Of a DNA stretch of 33,141 bases, positions 1-10,858 are shown in pieces. The position numbers were made by a program, and so were the translations under genes. Below the pieces are notes generated by a model. It was not told the DNA's origin. It made no database searches and was given only the letters and a program-made list of their open reading frames with translations. The stretch is from Piptocephalis cylindrospora (lineage: Eukaryota), in NCBI GenBank assembly GCA_003614145.1, contig KZ987743.1, positions 1 to 33,141 on the forward strand, in the 5' to 3' direction. Each line of letters starts with the position of its first letter. The stretch's first letter is position 1.

Positions 1-165
1 CCCTGGACTTCCGGAAGGGGGCTTGGGGGGGGCAAAGAAAATTAAAAAGAAGGGGGGGTTATTGGTGGGGGTGGGAGGGGGGGGGGGGGGGGGGGGGAGG
101 GGAGGATAGAAACAAGGGGGGAAGGAAGGTATGGCTAATCCTTGACAGAGAAAGAGAGGATACGA

Positions 166-1090
166 CTATTCCTTGACCGAGGAACCCCACCACCTATACC
201 AAGAAGAAGCGGGGAGCTTCTCCTTTGGATGATAAACAATCTTACTCTTCCTTCGAGAGTCATTCTTGGAGGAGGAAGGGGAGACGGATACACGAGCTGG
301 GAAGAACTTTTCTCTCCTGGCCCAATCCAACTTGAGGGCGGTATCAAAGACCTCCCGGACGCCGCGGTCGGCCAGGGCACTGCACTCCATGTATTTACTG
401 GCGCCGAGGATGGAGGCCATCTGCTCGGCCTCGGACCTATCCACTAGTCTGGTAGGAACACTGGTTGAGTTGGGGTCTTGAGGTTGCTGATCTGATTGGC
501 ATCCGATGAGGAGCAAAAGTGGGGTATTTGTGGGGGTAGTAGGGAAGGATGGGGAGGTGGGGGCGGAGGAAGTGGTGGAAGAGGAGGAGGAGGAGGAGGA
601 GGAGGAAGATCTCCTCCGAAAGCGCAAGCGTTTCATCATGGAACGAGAGGATGGAGAGATGGGGGGGGAAGTGGTTTTGGAGGTGATTTGTTTCTTGGCC
701 TCATCCCATAGACGAGGGAGTTGATGAAGGGTGGATGGATCTGTGATGGAGAAGCAGAGCATAAGGACGTGGGCTTCTCGACAAGCCAGTTGACGAAGCA
801 TGATAAAGTCATCGGCTCCGCCGGTGTCGATAATACGGAGATTGACCCGTTCACCACCGCTCCAGGTCTCGTGAAAGACCTCATCGTACATGGTGGGGCA
901 ATAAGGGTCGGATTGGGGGGGATAGATACCGTGGGCGTAGGTGGTGATCAACGCGGACTTTCCCACCTGGGCAGGACCAAAGACCAGGATGGTTCTCGAC
1001 ACTCCCGTGGTCCCAGGGGACGGAGGAGGCGAGGGGTGAGTGAGGGTTGTGGAAGAGTGGGGGGGAGGAGAGACGCTTTCTCCAATGCAT
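166..1090 (-). CDS. Atypical Rho-family (Ras superfamily) small GTPase; 5' end uncertain
   Basis: ORF 166..1296 contains the GTPase elements in order: ILVFGPAQVGKS (P-loop), YCPTMYD (switch I), LRIIDTGG (G3), LRQLACREAHVLMLCFSI (cf. Rho LRPLSY...VFL.CFS), LLLIGCQSD (G4) and YMECSA (G5). The only upstream in-frame ATG (1296) precedes UTR-like pyrimidine-rich sequence. A better-context ACC-ATG at 1090 is out of frame by one base at the C7 run 1059-1065. Confidence 0.85.
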
Positions 1091-2460
1091 GGTACTGATG
1101 AGAATGAGAATGAAGAGGCTACAAGGAAGGGTGGTGGTGGTGGTGGTGATGGCCGAGTAAAAAAAGAAGGAAGGAAAAGGAGGAGAATAAATGTGTTTTG
1201 GATAGACCAGGGGCAGGGATGAGAGCGTTGTAAAGGGACGCAGGAAGACAGCCCCCTCCCCCTTCCTTTCCCGCCCTGTCCTGTCGAGGCGTGCATTAGG
1301 TCAAACTCATCACTACCATCTTGGTCCGGGGAAAGATGACCACTCTGAGGGAATAGGGATGATTGGGATGGGAAGGTCGTTTCTGGTTGGAGGGGAGGGG
1401 GAAGGACAAGGTCAACACGCCGGTCTGTGCCTACAATGTGTGTATTGTATGAGAGAAAGCGGGGTTGGAATGAGAGGGAAAGAGGGGACTCCGCTCACAT
1501 CTCAAGAGACCCTGTGTCCCACACCACAAGAAGGCGGAGAGGGACTTGGCATACAATACCTACACACATACATACACGGAGAGAGAGAGAGTGTGTGTGT
1601 ATGTGTGTGACAGAAATAGAAGGGACCGGGGATCGAAACCCAACCAGATCAAAGCTGGGGAGGGTGTGTGTAGATCCTACTCTGCAGTGGGGAACGGTCA
1701 TGATGGCGTACGTTACATGGGGATCTGAGGGTCGATTGACACCTGGGAACTGGGGGAGGGGAGGGAAAGAGGCGTCCAATCTGAATCTGAGTAGGTATCA
1801 CAGAAATGTATTCTTCCCGGTGGAATCAGACATGTCGAGTAAGAACAATCAGCGCTAAAGATGAACAATCAACATCAAATAGGACCCATCAATGTCAAGT
1901 GCAGGATTCATCACATCAAGAAGGGTTTATCACATTCAAAAAGGCCCATCACACCCAAAAGGCCCATCACGCCCGAAAGGGTCCGCCACACTCAGAAGGG
2001 CCCAACAACAATGCCAGATGGCATGACCCTTGTCAGGCTGAACAATACAAAAAATCAAGGATCCTTATGGATCGTGCTCTGAAGGAGGCAGTCTTGAACA
2101 AGGGATCAGTAGTTGGGGTAGAGATCATGCGCAAGGACATGTATGTCAAGACAACAAAGGAGACGTTGCCTCGTCACAACAACTGCTGAAATGGGCTCTT
2201 TCATCCATCAAGATTGTATTCATTCATCGTGGGATTCATTCACGACCCTGGGAGTGGCTGGCAGGTCCCTGACCTGCGGTTGTTAGAATGAAACAGGACA
2301 ATGGCAGCATGGTCCCATTTGAAACAAGTCAACCGATGCAAGGCAATAGAGACACGACCCCACTCGGGATCAGCCAACGAAAAGGCAGTCCAGTGGATGG
2401 CATGAACCACTTTATTTCCTTTGCAACCTCCCGTCACAACCTTCTTCTTTCCTGCTCTTC

Positions 2461-3657
2461 TCATGGGACAGAAGACTTGTACTGGGAGGTGGTTTGAGGT
2501 GGAGACGCGGTCAAGGCCACCATCTTGCCCAGGGGCATGGCCTTGAGAAGACCATCGACAAAATCGGGGCCGACAAGGGCATTCAATCTCTTCCTCCTCT
2601 CCCCACCCTCTCGCCTAGCCTCCCGGCTGGGCCTTCCATGAGCCTGGGAGCTGGAATCTGGGACCAGGTAGACCCATAGTGCTTCCAAGCAAGCGATGAG
2701 CGCTTCCTCGGACAAGTCCTTTCTCTTGAGGACCCGAACCAATGGGGAGAGGCCTTGGAGAGAATGTAAGACCTGTATGGGGGAGATTGTATCAGATAGG
2801 GAGAGCAGGTGAGGGGAGCGGGGGGTAGAGATACTCACCTGGACCACCTCTGGGGCATCGGCAAGTAGAGAGGTCAAGAGCTCAAGACACGCCACTAGGA
2901 CATTTTGAAAGGGGGTAAGGAGGAGACTGAGGAAAAGCTGAAGATGTGCCGGCTGGGAAAAGACATGTCTGGAGGCTGGATGGGCTAGGCATAGACCCTG
3001 GAGGAGGACCAAGGCCTGATACAGCTCCTCCCGTCCCTCCTCCCATGCCCCACCCTGTTCATGCACCATAGGACTATGCCACCGATGAAGTGAATCCAAG
3101 AGGAGGGGCAAGGTGGATACTCCAGCTGCCCTCTCCACCTGTGGCCATATTGCCGCGTGGTTTGTCAAGAGGCGCAGGATGCCACGATGGGCCCTTTCCC
3201 TACGGAAGGAGAAGGAGGAGACAAGCTAGATATATGTGTGTGCGTGTGTGTGTCCATGTGTTTATGTGCGTGGGGGAGGTCAGTGTCGAGAGAATATATC
3301 CGGTGCAACTCAGAAAGGAAACGGTACCTTGTCAAGCTGAAGGACCAATTGCAATTGCGGCGGCAACTCTGACCTTGGGCTCGCCTGCTGCAAGTAAGGA
3401 TCCTTTCCAGTGGGGGTGGTAGTGGCTGAAGAGCCCGGAGTGTAGGTCGTTGTGGAAGAGGGGCCTGGAGTGTAGGTCGTTGTGGAAGAGGAGCCTGATG
3501 CATAAGAGGGTGTTGAGGAGGGATCAGGGGCATAGGAGGAGGTCGAGGAGGGAGCAGAGGTGGGATCAGGGGCATAGGTGGCTGTCGAGGAGCATGACGA
3601 CGAGGTCGACGAGGAGGATGTGACAGAGGAAATAGACAAGCGTTGAGGATGGGACAT
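2461..3657 (-). CDS. cdc14: Cdc14 of the septation initiation network (S. pombe Cdc14-type, not the phosphatase); 3 exons, ~342 aa
   Basis: The motif ALVLLQGLCLAHPASRHVFSQ..HLQLFLSLL and later ACLEALWVYL match my recollection of the fungal SIN Cdc14 family. Exons are 3657-3328, 3225-2839 and 2772-2461. Introns 3327-3226 (GTACCG..TAG) and 2838-2773 (GTGAGT..CAG) preserve frame. Confidence 0.75.
3431..3578. repeat. Coding tandem repeats in the cdc14 5' exon
   Basis: A 30-bp unit occurs twice at 3431-3490 (28/30 identical; SSTTTYTPG). GGGATCAGGGGCATAGG occurs at 3520 and 3562 (YAPDP). Confidence 0.9.
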
Positions 3658-4560
3658 GATCAAGAGAGGATAGAGCTAGACAAGAAAGAGTCGGGAGGAG
3701 GAGAGCAGGATGGGGACGGGATGGGATGACTCTATCACTACACTCTTGGGTCAATACACAGGGCGCACAGACCGGGTTGGTCTTACGGGGGGGTGTGGAG
3801 GGGAGGGGAGGGGGGACAGACGACACGACAAGAAAGGAAAGGGGGAAGAGAGTGGGTCGGTGGCCACTTTCACAAAAGGAGAATAGGCAGGGGTGGACGA
3901 GAGAAGAGAGGAGGGGGGAGAGGAAGAGAGAGGGAGAGGTGTGTGTCCACTGGGGATATCAAACACACCAGGGGAATACTTGGATGGGTTTCCGGGATGG
4001 GAGAATGACTACTCCATGCTTTTTTCCTCTCTAGTAAGCACGATGATTGATTTTACACGGTGTCTGAGCTTGGAGAGACCCAAGCTCGATGTGGGGGGAG
4101 GAAAGAAAGCACATTCAGGACAAGTCCACCGTGTCAACTCCGCTCTCATTCACAGCGGTGATCGAATTGACCTGGATGGGGAGGAAGAGTGTGTGAGGAT
4201 GAGCCACCAAGCCGTTTTGAGACCATGCCGCTTGTAGATGAGAAAATGTATAGAAAAAGAAAATCCTCATAGCCTTGGATTCTAGTCTTCATGTGACTGC
4301 TCGTCCCATATAGCCTAACATGTCTCTAGAGAAGGACTCAGGATGATGACCCAAATGTGATTTATGTTTTTAAAGTGGAGAGGAAGAGGACACCGACTGA
4401 TCTCCTCTTCCTCCTGACAACCATTTCCCACATCATCCCCCACCCTAAAAGAGACAAGACGTTCACCTTCTTCCATAGTACACACTCCCCTCTCCACATG
4501 ACGCTGACAAAGGACAGAGACAGAAAAGACATGCAGCATTTACAATCGTCCTTCTCCTAC

Positions 4561-5026
4561 CTAGTCCCCATTCTCACGCACCTCCCCCTCCCCCTCCCCT
4601 TCAGAACACTGGATGGACATGACCGATATGGCCTGCCGCTCCAGAATGTACTGACCCTCCTTGTATCTCTGAGCCTCGACCCAGGCCCGAACATACCTCC
4701 AGCCCACGTAGACTCCACAGCTCATACAAGAGAGATCCTTGACGGTGTGTTTCCCCGTCTGCATCATCCTATCCACCTCCTCCCCCTCGTGGACATTGAG
4801 GGCTTGTTTGAACAGGTAGGCTTTTCCATGTACACCCTGAAAATTCTATTGAAGGGATGGGAGGATGAGTAGGGGGGAGAGGTTGTACGAGCGGTCATGA
4901 GGGGAGGAAAAAAGGCTCCACCCGTACCCTGGAAGTCAGAGTTTCCTGGGTGGTAAAGTGAGTACGGCATTCGCTGCAAATGTACACCCTGGCCCCCGAA
5001 AGGTATCTTTTATGGATAAGACCCAT
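4561..5026 (-). CDS. MOH1: Yippee/YPEL/Moh1 zinc-binding protein; 2 exons, 127 aa
   Basis: Exon 1 (5026-4928) encodes MGLIHKRYLSGARVYICSECRTHF. Intron 4927-4846 is GTACGG..TAG. Exon 2 (4845-4561) encodes NFQGVHGKAYLF...RMMQTGKHTVKDLSCMSCGVYVGWRY...QRYKEGQYILE. Two CxxC pairs and the canonical yippee motifs are present. Confidence 0.93.
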
Positions 5027-5409
5027 AATGATGCAGAGAAGGAGAGAAGAGGGAGGAACTTGAGACGAGGTAAGGTGAGGCGAGAGATGAGGGTAGGTGT
5101 AGGGAAGGAAGAGGATGGAAAGGTGAGGAGTGGGAGAGAAGGAGCGGAGAGTGAGGAATAAGACAGAGAAATATCGGGTCACAAGAACACCGCTGCTCTC
5201 TACCTCACCCCCTCCGTAAAAGGCCCCCCTTCCCCCCTTGTTTCTATCCTCCCCTCCCCCCTCCCCCTCCCCTATCTCATACCAATAGCAATAGCACCAT
5301 GTTCTTTCAACTTATTCCCGTTCAAAATTATCCCTTAGGGCATGGGAAGAATAATGTCTGTATAGGCGTTCACATTTGGACACACAGAATCTAGTGTACA
5401 TTCTCTCCC

Positions 5410-8400
5410 TCATACACATAGTCTCCCATCTTCATCCCCCATCATCCGATCCGTCTCAGCCTCCGCCTCCCCCTCTACTACTTGCCATAGCTCCTCTAGC
5501 ATATCATCCACCCGGTGCTCCTCTACATCGCAACAAAGGGCTACTAATCGACGATACTGACTTAATCGCCCTCCTTCCTCCTCCTCCTCCATCTCCTCTT
5601 CAGTGCATCGTTTTATCCGCTTCCTCCTCCTCTCGTTCCCCTCCTCATCATCCGTACCATGAATGAGACGTAATGGACCATCTGGGCCAAGAGATGGATC
5701 AGGGATCATGCCCTCCTCGGCACACATCCTCACTAGGTCTTGAACCATTCCTTCCCGCCCTCGTTTCATCGTACTAAGCCTCACCTCCCTCACCTCCTTC
5801 ACCTCCTCCTCCTCCTCCTCCTCCTCTTCCTTTCCCTTCTCCATGCCATTTTTCCCCTCAGCCCCCTCGTGCATCTCCTCATTAGGCAGGGAACCAAGGA
5901 GGACCCGACCCAACCGTCCCTCTACACGACCAAGTAAAACAGTCTGAGCCTTGGATTCCAGATCCCGGACTCGGGATCGACTTTGGGCCAAAGCCTCCTC
6001 TAATCCCGCTCGCCTCTTGACCTCTTCCTGCCTGATTCTTTCGGCCTCCCCGAGCATCCCATCAGCCTCCCGATCCGCAAGTACCCTTCGTTTTTCCAAG
6101 GCCCTCACCTCCCTCTCATGCCTCTCCCACATTTCATGGGCAAGGCCTCGTACCACTGGCATAAATCCTTCGGCTCCGGGCCCCAATGCCCGATATACCA
6201 CGTACTCTTCCAATCCATGCGTCGGGGAGGAGGGACCGTTCTTTCCCTCCTCTTCCTCTTCCTGCTGTCCCATTGTCATTAGCATCGTCGTCGTTGTCGG
6301 CAATGACCTATCCCCTCTTTCTCTTCCTTGTATGGATCCCGAGTCCAATTCCAAAAGGGTGTCCAGATACCTTTGCGACTTACCTCCCCCTCCTTTCCCC
6401 ACAGGATGAGAAATGGAAGCGGATGGAACGGGGGCATGGGCATGCTGTTGCTGGGAAAGAAGTTTTTCCCCGAGGGACCTGACCAAGTGAGCCGCCACCT
6501 CGCCTGCTCCATTGACCGATGATCCCTTGGCCCCGGCATCCAAGAGTCGACGAACCATGATTCGATTACCTACCCTAGCAGCAATGTGTAGAGCCGTATC
6601 TCCCTGATGATCCGGCATGTCCACCAGTACTCTTCCTTCCTCCCTTGTTCCCTGGGCACTGACAGGATCTGTCGCTCCTCCCCCTGAACCCGATACCATT
6701 TTTCCTTGGCACTATGAGAAGGAAGGGTATGGTGTGAATAATAATGCATATTAGGGTGAGCTCAATGAGACTCAAGGCTGCTTACCAGCCCCATGCGTTG
6801 AAGTAGCTCCAAGGTCACATCCAGATAGTACCGAGAGGCATGCACTTTCCCCCGGGACCCGGCCGTTTTGGCAATATGATGCAGGAGACCCTGACCATGG
6901 GAGTCGGTCAGGATAAGTGTGTCCTTTAGGAGGTCAAGGAGGGCAGGGAAAGTGCGAAGGTCAAAGTTATTGCTAAAGGACACAGCTTTAAGAAGAGGAA
7001 CCTGGCCGAGTCGATTGCCTATCCCTGGGTCTGAGCCCATCGCCAGGAGATCCCGTACTACCTCCATCCTGCCCGTGGCGGCAGCCCAGTGCAGAGCCGT
7101 GTTCCCCTCTTCATCTAGCGGAGAGTTGGGGTCAAGGAGAAGGGAGGGCGAGGAGGGGTCCTTTGCGCCCGATCCACTCTCCATGTACATGCCTGAATCC
7201 TGAATGGATCCTTGCCTTTCCGAGCCATCTACCCCTCTTGCCTGATGCATACGCATCCATTCCCCATACGTGGAAGGGTGATCCGGATAGGGGGAAGAGG
7301 GGGAGAAAAAACCAAGAAGGGATGCAGCATGAACAGGAATGGGGCGAGGGTTCATGAGACTGTGATCGCGAAGACCAAGAGATGCAAGGATAGCTGGATC
7401 GATCATAGATCCCGGGACCTTTCCGCTAGCTGGGTAAGCGCTGGGAAGGTCAAGATCACTCATGGTTGAGGTCATGCTGGATTGTCGTTGACGCTGTGTG
7501 TGGGCCCCAGCCGAGAGCCCAGAGTCATCCCCGATCCACGCTTCCTGATCTATAGGTCGTGAAGGATCGGATGAGGGTCCGTCCCATCCTTGATTGTGAG
7601 TCTGCGATGGGTCAGGGGAGGAAGTCCATGCCTGGAGGATGGAGGAAAGGGTCACGCCCTGGGTAGGGGTGGGTAGGGGAAGCTGAGATGGAAAGGGTAG
7701 GGGAAGGCGTGCGCGTCTTGGGCGGGGATGGTGAAAGGACGGTGGGCCATCGGTGGAGTTGGTATGGGAGGAGGCTCCGGCCTGGGCAAATCCACGTGCC
7801 CTTTCGAGCGCTGCTTCTTCCTCGGGGTATCCCATTTCACTCTCACTACTACTCACCTCCTCTTCCTCTTCCTCTTCATCCTCCTCAGAGGAGGGATGGC
7901 TTTCGTCATCTGTTCCAACCATCAGACCTAGGCCCTCCTCTTGGCCTACATCAAGGAAAAGGGATTCGGCCGACGAGTCCATTCGTCTCATCCCATGCCC
8001 TCCTTCCTCGTCCTCGCCATCGGAGTAGAACCGTTCCATGGGATGGGTGTCCGTGGGAAGAATATTATTCCTCCCCCGTTTCCTCGACTTGCCCCCACCC
8101 CCTTTACCGGAGGGTGGCGGAGGCCCAGGCCGTCGCGTGCTCTTCCCAACCGGGGATCCTTGTCCTGAGCCTTCGAGATCTGGGGTGGAAGTGGAAGCTC
8201 TGGCCAAGGCACTGGGCCGACGAAGCCTTGAAGACCGTTTGACCGACCCCACGGAACCTCCCTTGCCTCCTGGGTCCTTGGATGAGGGGGATGAGCCTAT
8301 CCCTCCCTCCTCTCTTCTTGCGCCAGCGACGTTCGGAGTACGAGGGATGGATGGGGACGGGGAGGAGGATGGGGCAGGTCCTAGGGAGGAGGATGAGGTA

Positions 8401-8852
8401 GTCTGGGATTTCGCCGATGAATTCGCCTTGCTTGCTCTTTTCCCACCAGCATGGGAGCCAGATGCGGCAGATTTGCGTGGAACGGGGGGTGGGGAGCCTG
8501 GAGGCTTGGATGAGTCATAGTGGATGAGGGGGAGGAGCTCATCGTACACGCCATACTGGATGGCGAGGGAGATGGCCCGGTCCCTGGATACCCAAGTTCC
8601 TTGGTACTTGCCATATCCACCCTGGACTTTCTCATGGGGCCCAGTCTGAACTTCCCGTTCGAGGATTCGCGTGCGTTGAGGCTTATCAAAGGCGGCAACC
8701 TTGAGGATCTGGGTGGCGTTAAGATACAGGTCATCGCATCGGCGCATCACGGATATCCCCCGACATAGGGTCTCGTAGACTCGAATGTTAGAGTAAGTGG
8801 CCTGGTAGATGGGGTTTAACGAGGTCTTGTCAACGGGGGCTGGGGAAGTCAT
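5410..8852 (-). CDS. MBF/SBF-type G1/S transcription factor (APSES/KilA-N DNA-binding domain + ankyrin repeats + coiled coil; Mbp1/Swi4/Res1/Res2 family); 2 exons, ~1122 aa
   Basis: [13 protein letters not shown]...[52 protein letters not shown] is the APSES domain. Ankyrin motifs [12 protein letters not shown] and [13 protein letters not shown] follow, and the C-terminus has [12 protein letters not shown] is at 8852. Intron 6785-6712 (GTAAGC..TAG) joins the two ORFs in frame. Confidence 0.95.
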
Positions 8853-9309
8853 GCTGAAGGGGACGAGAGCGGAGAGGATGGATACAGGATATGAAGGGGG
8901 AGAAGGGAGGAGGTGGAAGCGACTGAGATGAGCTGATGTGAGGATAGATAGGGCTGGAGAGGAATGATGGTGATGGGAGATGGAATGGAGGGGGACTGAG
9001 GTTGATGGTGTTTGGGGATGGCGAGATGGGATGGAGATGGGAAGGAGGGTTGGATGGAGGACACAAAGCACAATGTCCTAAAAGGTATTGTTATTGTTGC
9101 TGTTAGTGTGGGTAGTCAACCAGCGTGTTTCAGTATCAGAAGTAGGGGGAGGGAGGATGGAGAGGGGGGTGGGGCAAGAGATGAGAGGGGATGGAATGGA
9201 ATGGAGGGGAGAAGGGGGGAGGGAGGGAATGGCGGACAAGTCAGGCCCCAGTCCAGTATTTGTAGGCCAAGCCTACAAGCGACGAGGTCAGGGCTTTTTG
9301 CCTCTGTCG

Positions 9310-9312
<3 letters not shown>

Positions 9313-9358
<46 letters not shown>

Positions 9359-9366
9359 GTGTGTGT
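9313..9366. repeat. Compound microsatellite (GT)14(ATGT)n(GT)n upstream of the APSES gene
   Basis: Directly visible in the sequence. Confidence 0.95.
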
Positions 9367-10270
9367 CCATCGTCGTCGTCCATCTCGTCTTCGTGGCTGG
9401 GGCCTCTCCCAGCGTCAATTGGAGTGGCCTCTCCCAGCGCTCACACTCACCCATGCCGATCTTTGCCGCTTTTTACCCAGGATGAGCGTCTTGATTTGGG
9501 AGGACGTCTGGATGAACCGGGGAAGGGTCAAGTGTAAGCCAACTAAGGGTACGTAATCTTTCTAGGGCACGACTATGATGTCTTGGGCCCATCCATAACA
9601 AGACAGTAGATTTCTTATCTACTCTTCTCTACTATTGAGATTACGCCAGATTCACCTATCAAGTGAATTGCCTGTTCATCACCCAGGTATCCTCTTCCTT
9701 CTCCTTGAATAAAAGTGTGAGGCCGGTGAAGCATCTCACCATGAAGAAAGTTGTATTCGCTCCCCTCCAGACTAAGGTTCCCCATTCCTTGAAATCTTTT
9801 GCTACCATTGACCAGACCCTCCCTTTTCACCCGTGAATGATAATTGTCTTCAATACAAGAACGCTTCTTTACCAAATGTTCCCACCCTGTCTTATCTCCC
9901 ACTTTTCTTCCCAATGCATCTCTAGGGATGTTATTTTTATATACCTCTTAGTTTCATTAGATGATAATATCTCGTCAAACCTATCCTTGAGAGGCACAAG
10001 GTCAATTGCCCTCAACAATAATAACAATATTAATATTAGTGAATGGAAGCCGCTAAAATTAGTGGTCAGATTATTCCTCCTGCCATTCCCACCGAGACGT
10101 GCCCAATCATACAATTCTCTCCGCTTCAATTCAATCACCGATATTCTTCCACATTCCCAGACTCCGACTGTGGAAATTGGGCTTGGAACTGGATCCTACT
10201 TTAGGGCCTGTGTGGCAATGACTGTGTGTGCACACGTCCCACCATCAAGAGCCCTCTTCTCGTTGTTGAA

Positions 10271-10312
10271 AAATTTATTGTCTCATGAGGAAAATGCACC
10301 CAAAAGACTACA
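10271..10312 (+). repeat. Dispersed 42-bp repeat, copy 1
   Basis: AAATTTATTGTCTCATGAGGAAAATGCACCCAAAAGACTACA is 36/42 identical, ungapped, to 27662-27703. Confidence 0.75.
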
Positions 10313-10858
10313 CGAATTCACACCCTTGTCGAGAACCCTCTTTTCCATCCCCCAGCTACGAATAAATTGCAAATATGATCAAAAAGATTAAATTCATACA
10401 TTTCTATTTCTTTCACTGCTCCGCCCCCTCTAGAAATGAACACTCTTTTTACATCCTCAATTTCCCTTCGGATCTTAGCCCTAAGCAAGGGAGACATGGC
10501 ACACACACATACACGTATACATACCGGGAGAAAGGCTTTACGAACACTAACAAAAGAGGATCAGACTGCTGCCAATCTGACCTAATCAAGCACCCGGCAT
10601 CCGCTCTCCATCTCCCCCGTTCCCACTACCAGGAGCAAATGCAAGGGTCAACCATCCCATACGGTTTGGTCCGAGGGGGCGGAAGAGAAGTAATCTACAA
10701 TAATTGTGGTTGCTTAAATATCCACGGATGCGAAAGGATCCCATAAACAACACGTCGGTTCAATCATATACCTAACGCTTCTCCCCAAGCCTCCTCTTCC
10801 TTCCACTACACTTCCTTAGTCTCCCTTCCCTCCACTCCCCCATCGCCTCTGCCTTTTT

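Noticed and set aside
166..8852. Co-oriented Rho, cdc14, yippee and APSES genes as a cell-cycle cluster
   Set aside because: No shared promoter motif was seen. Four co-oriented housekeeping genes is unremarkable without synteny data.
8853..9071. Long GTG/TTG-initiated 5' extensions of ORFs (APSES, also SEC20 18009-18227, secreted protein 15341-15748, 31389-31607)
   Set aside because: These are pyrimidine-rich UTR/promoter sequence that happens to lack stops. ATG starts fit the domain boundaries better.
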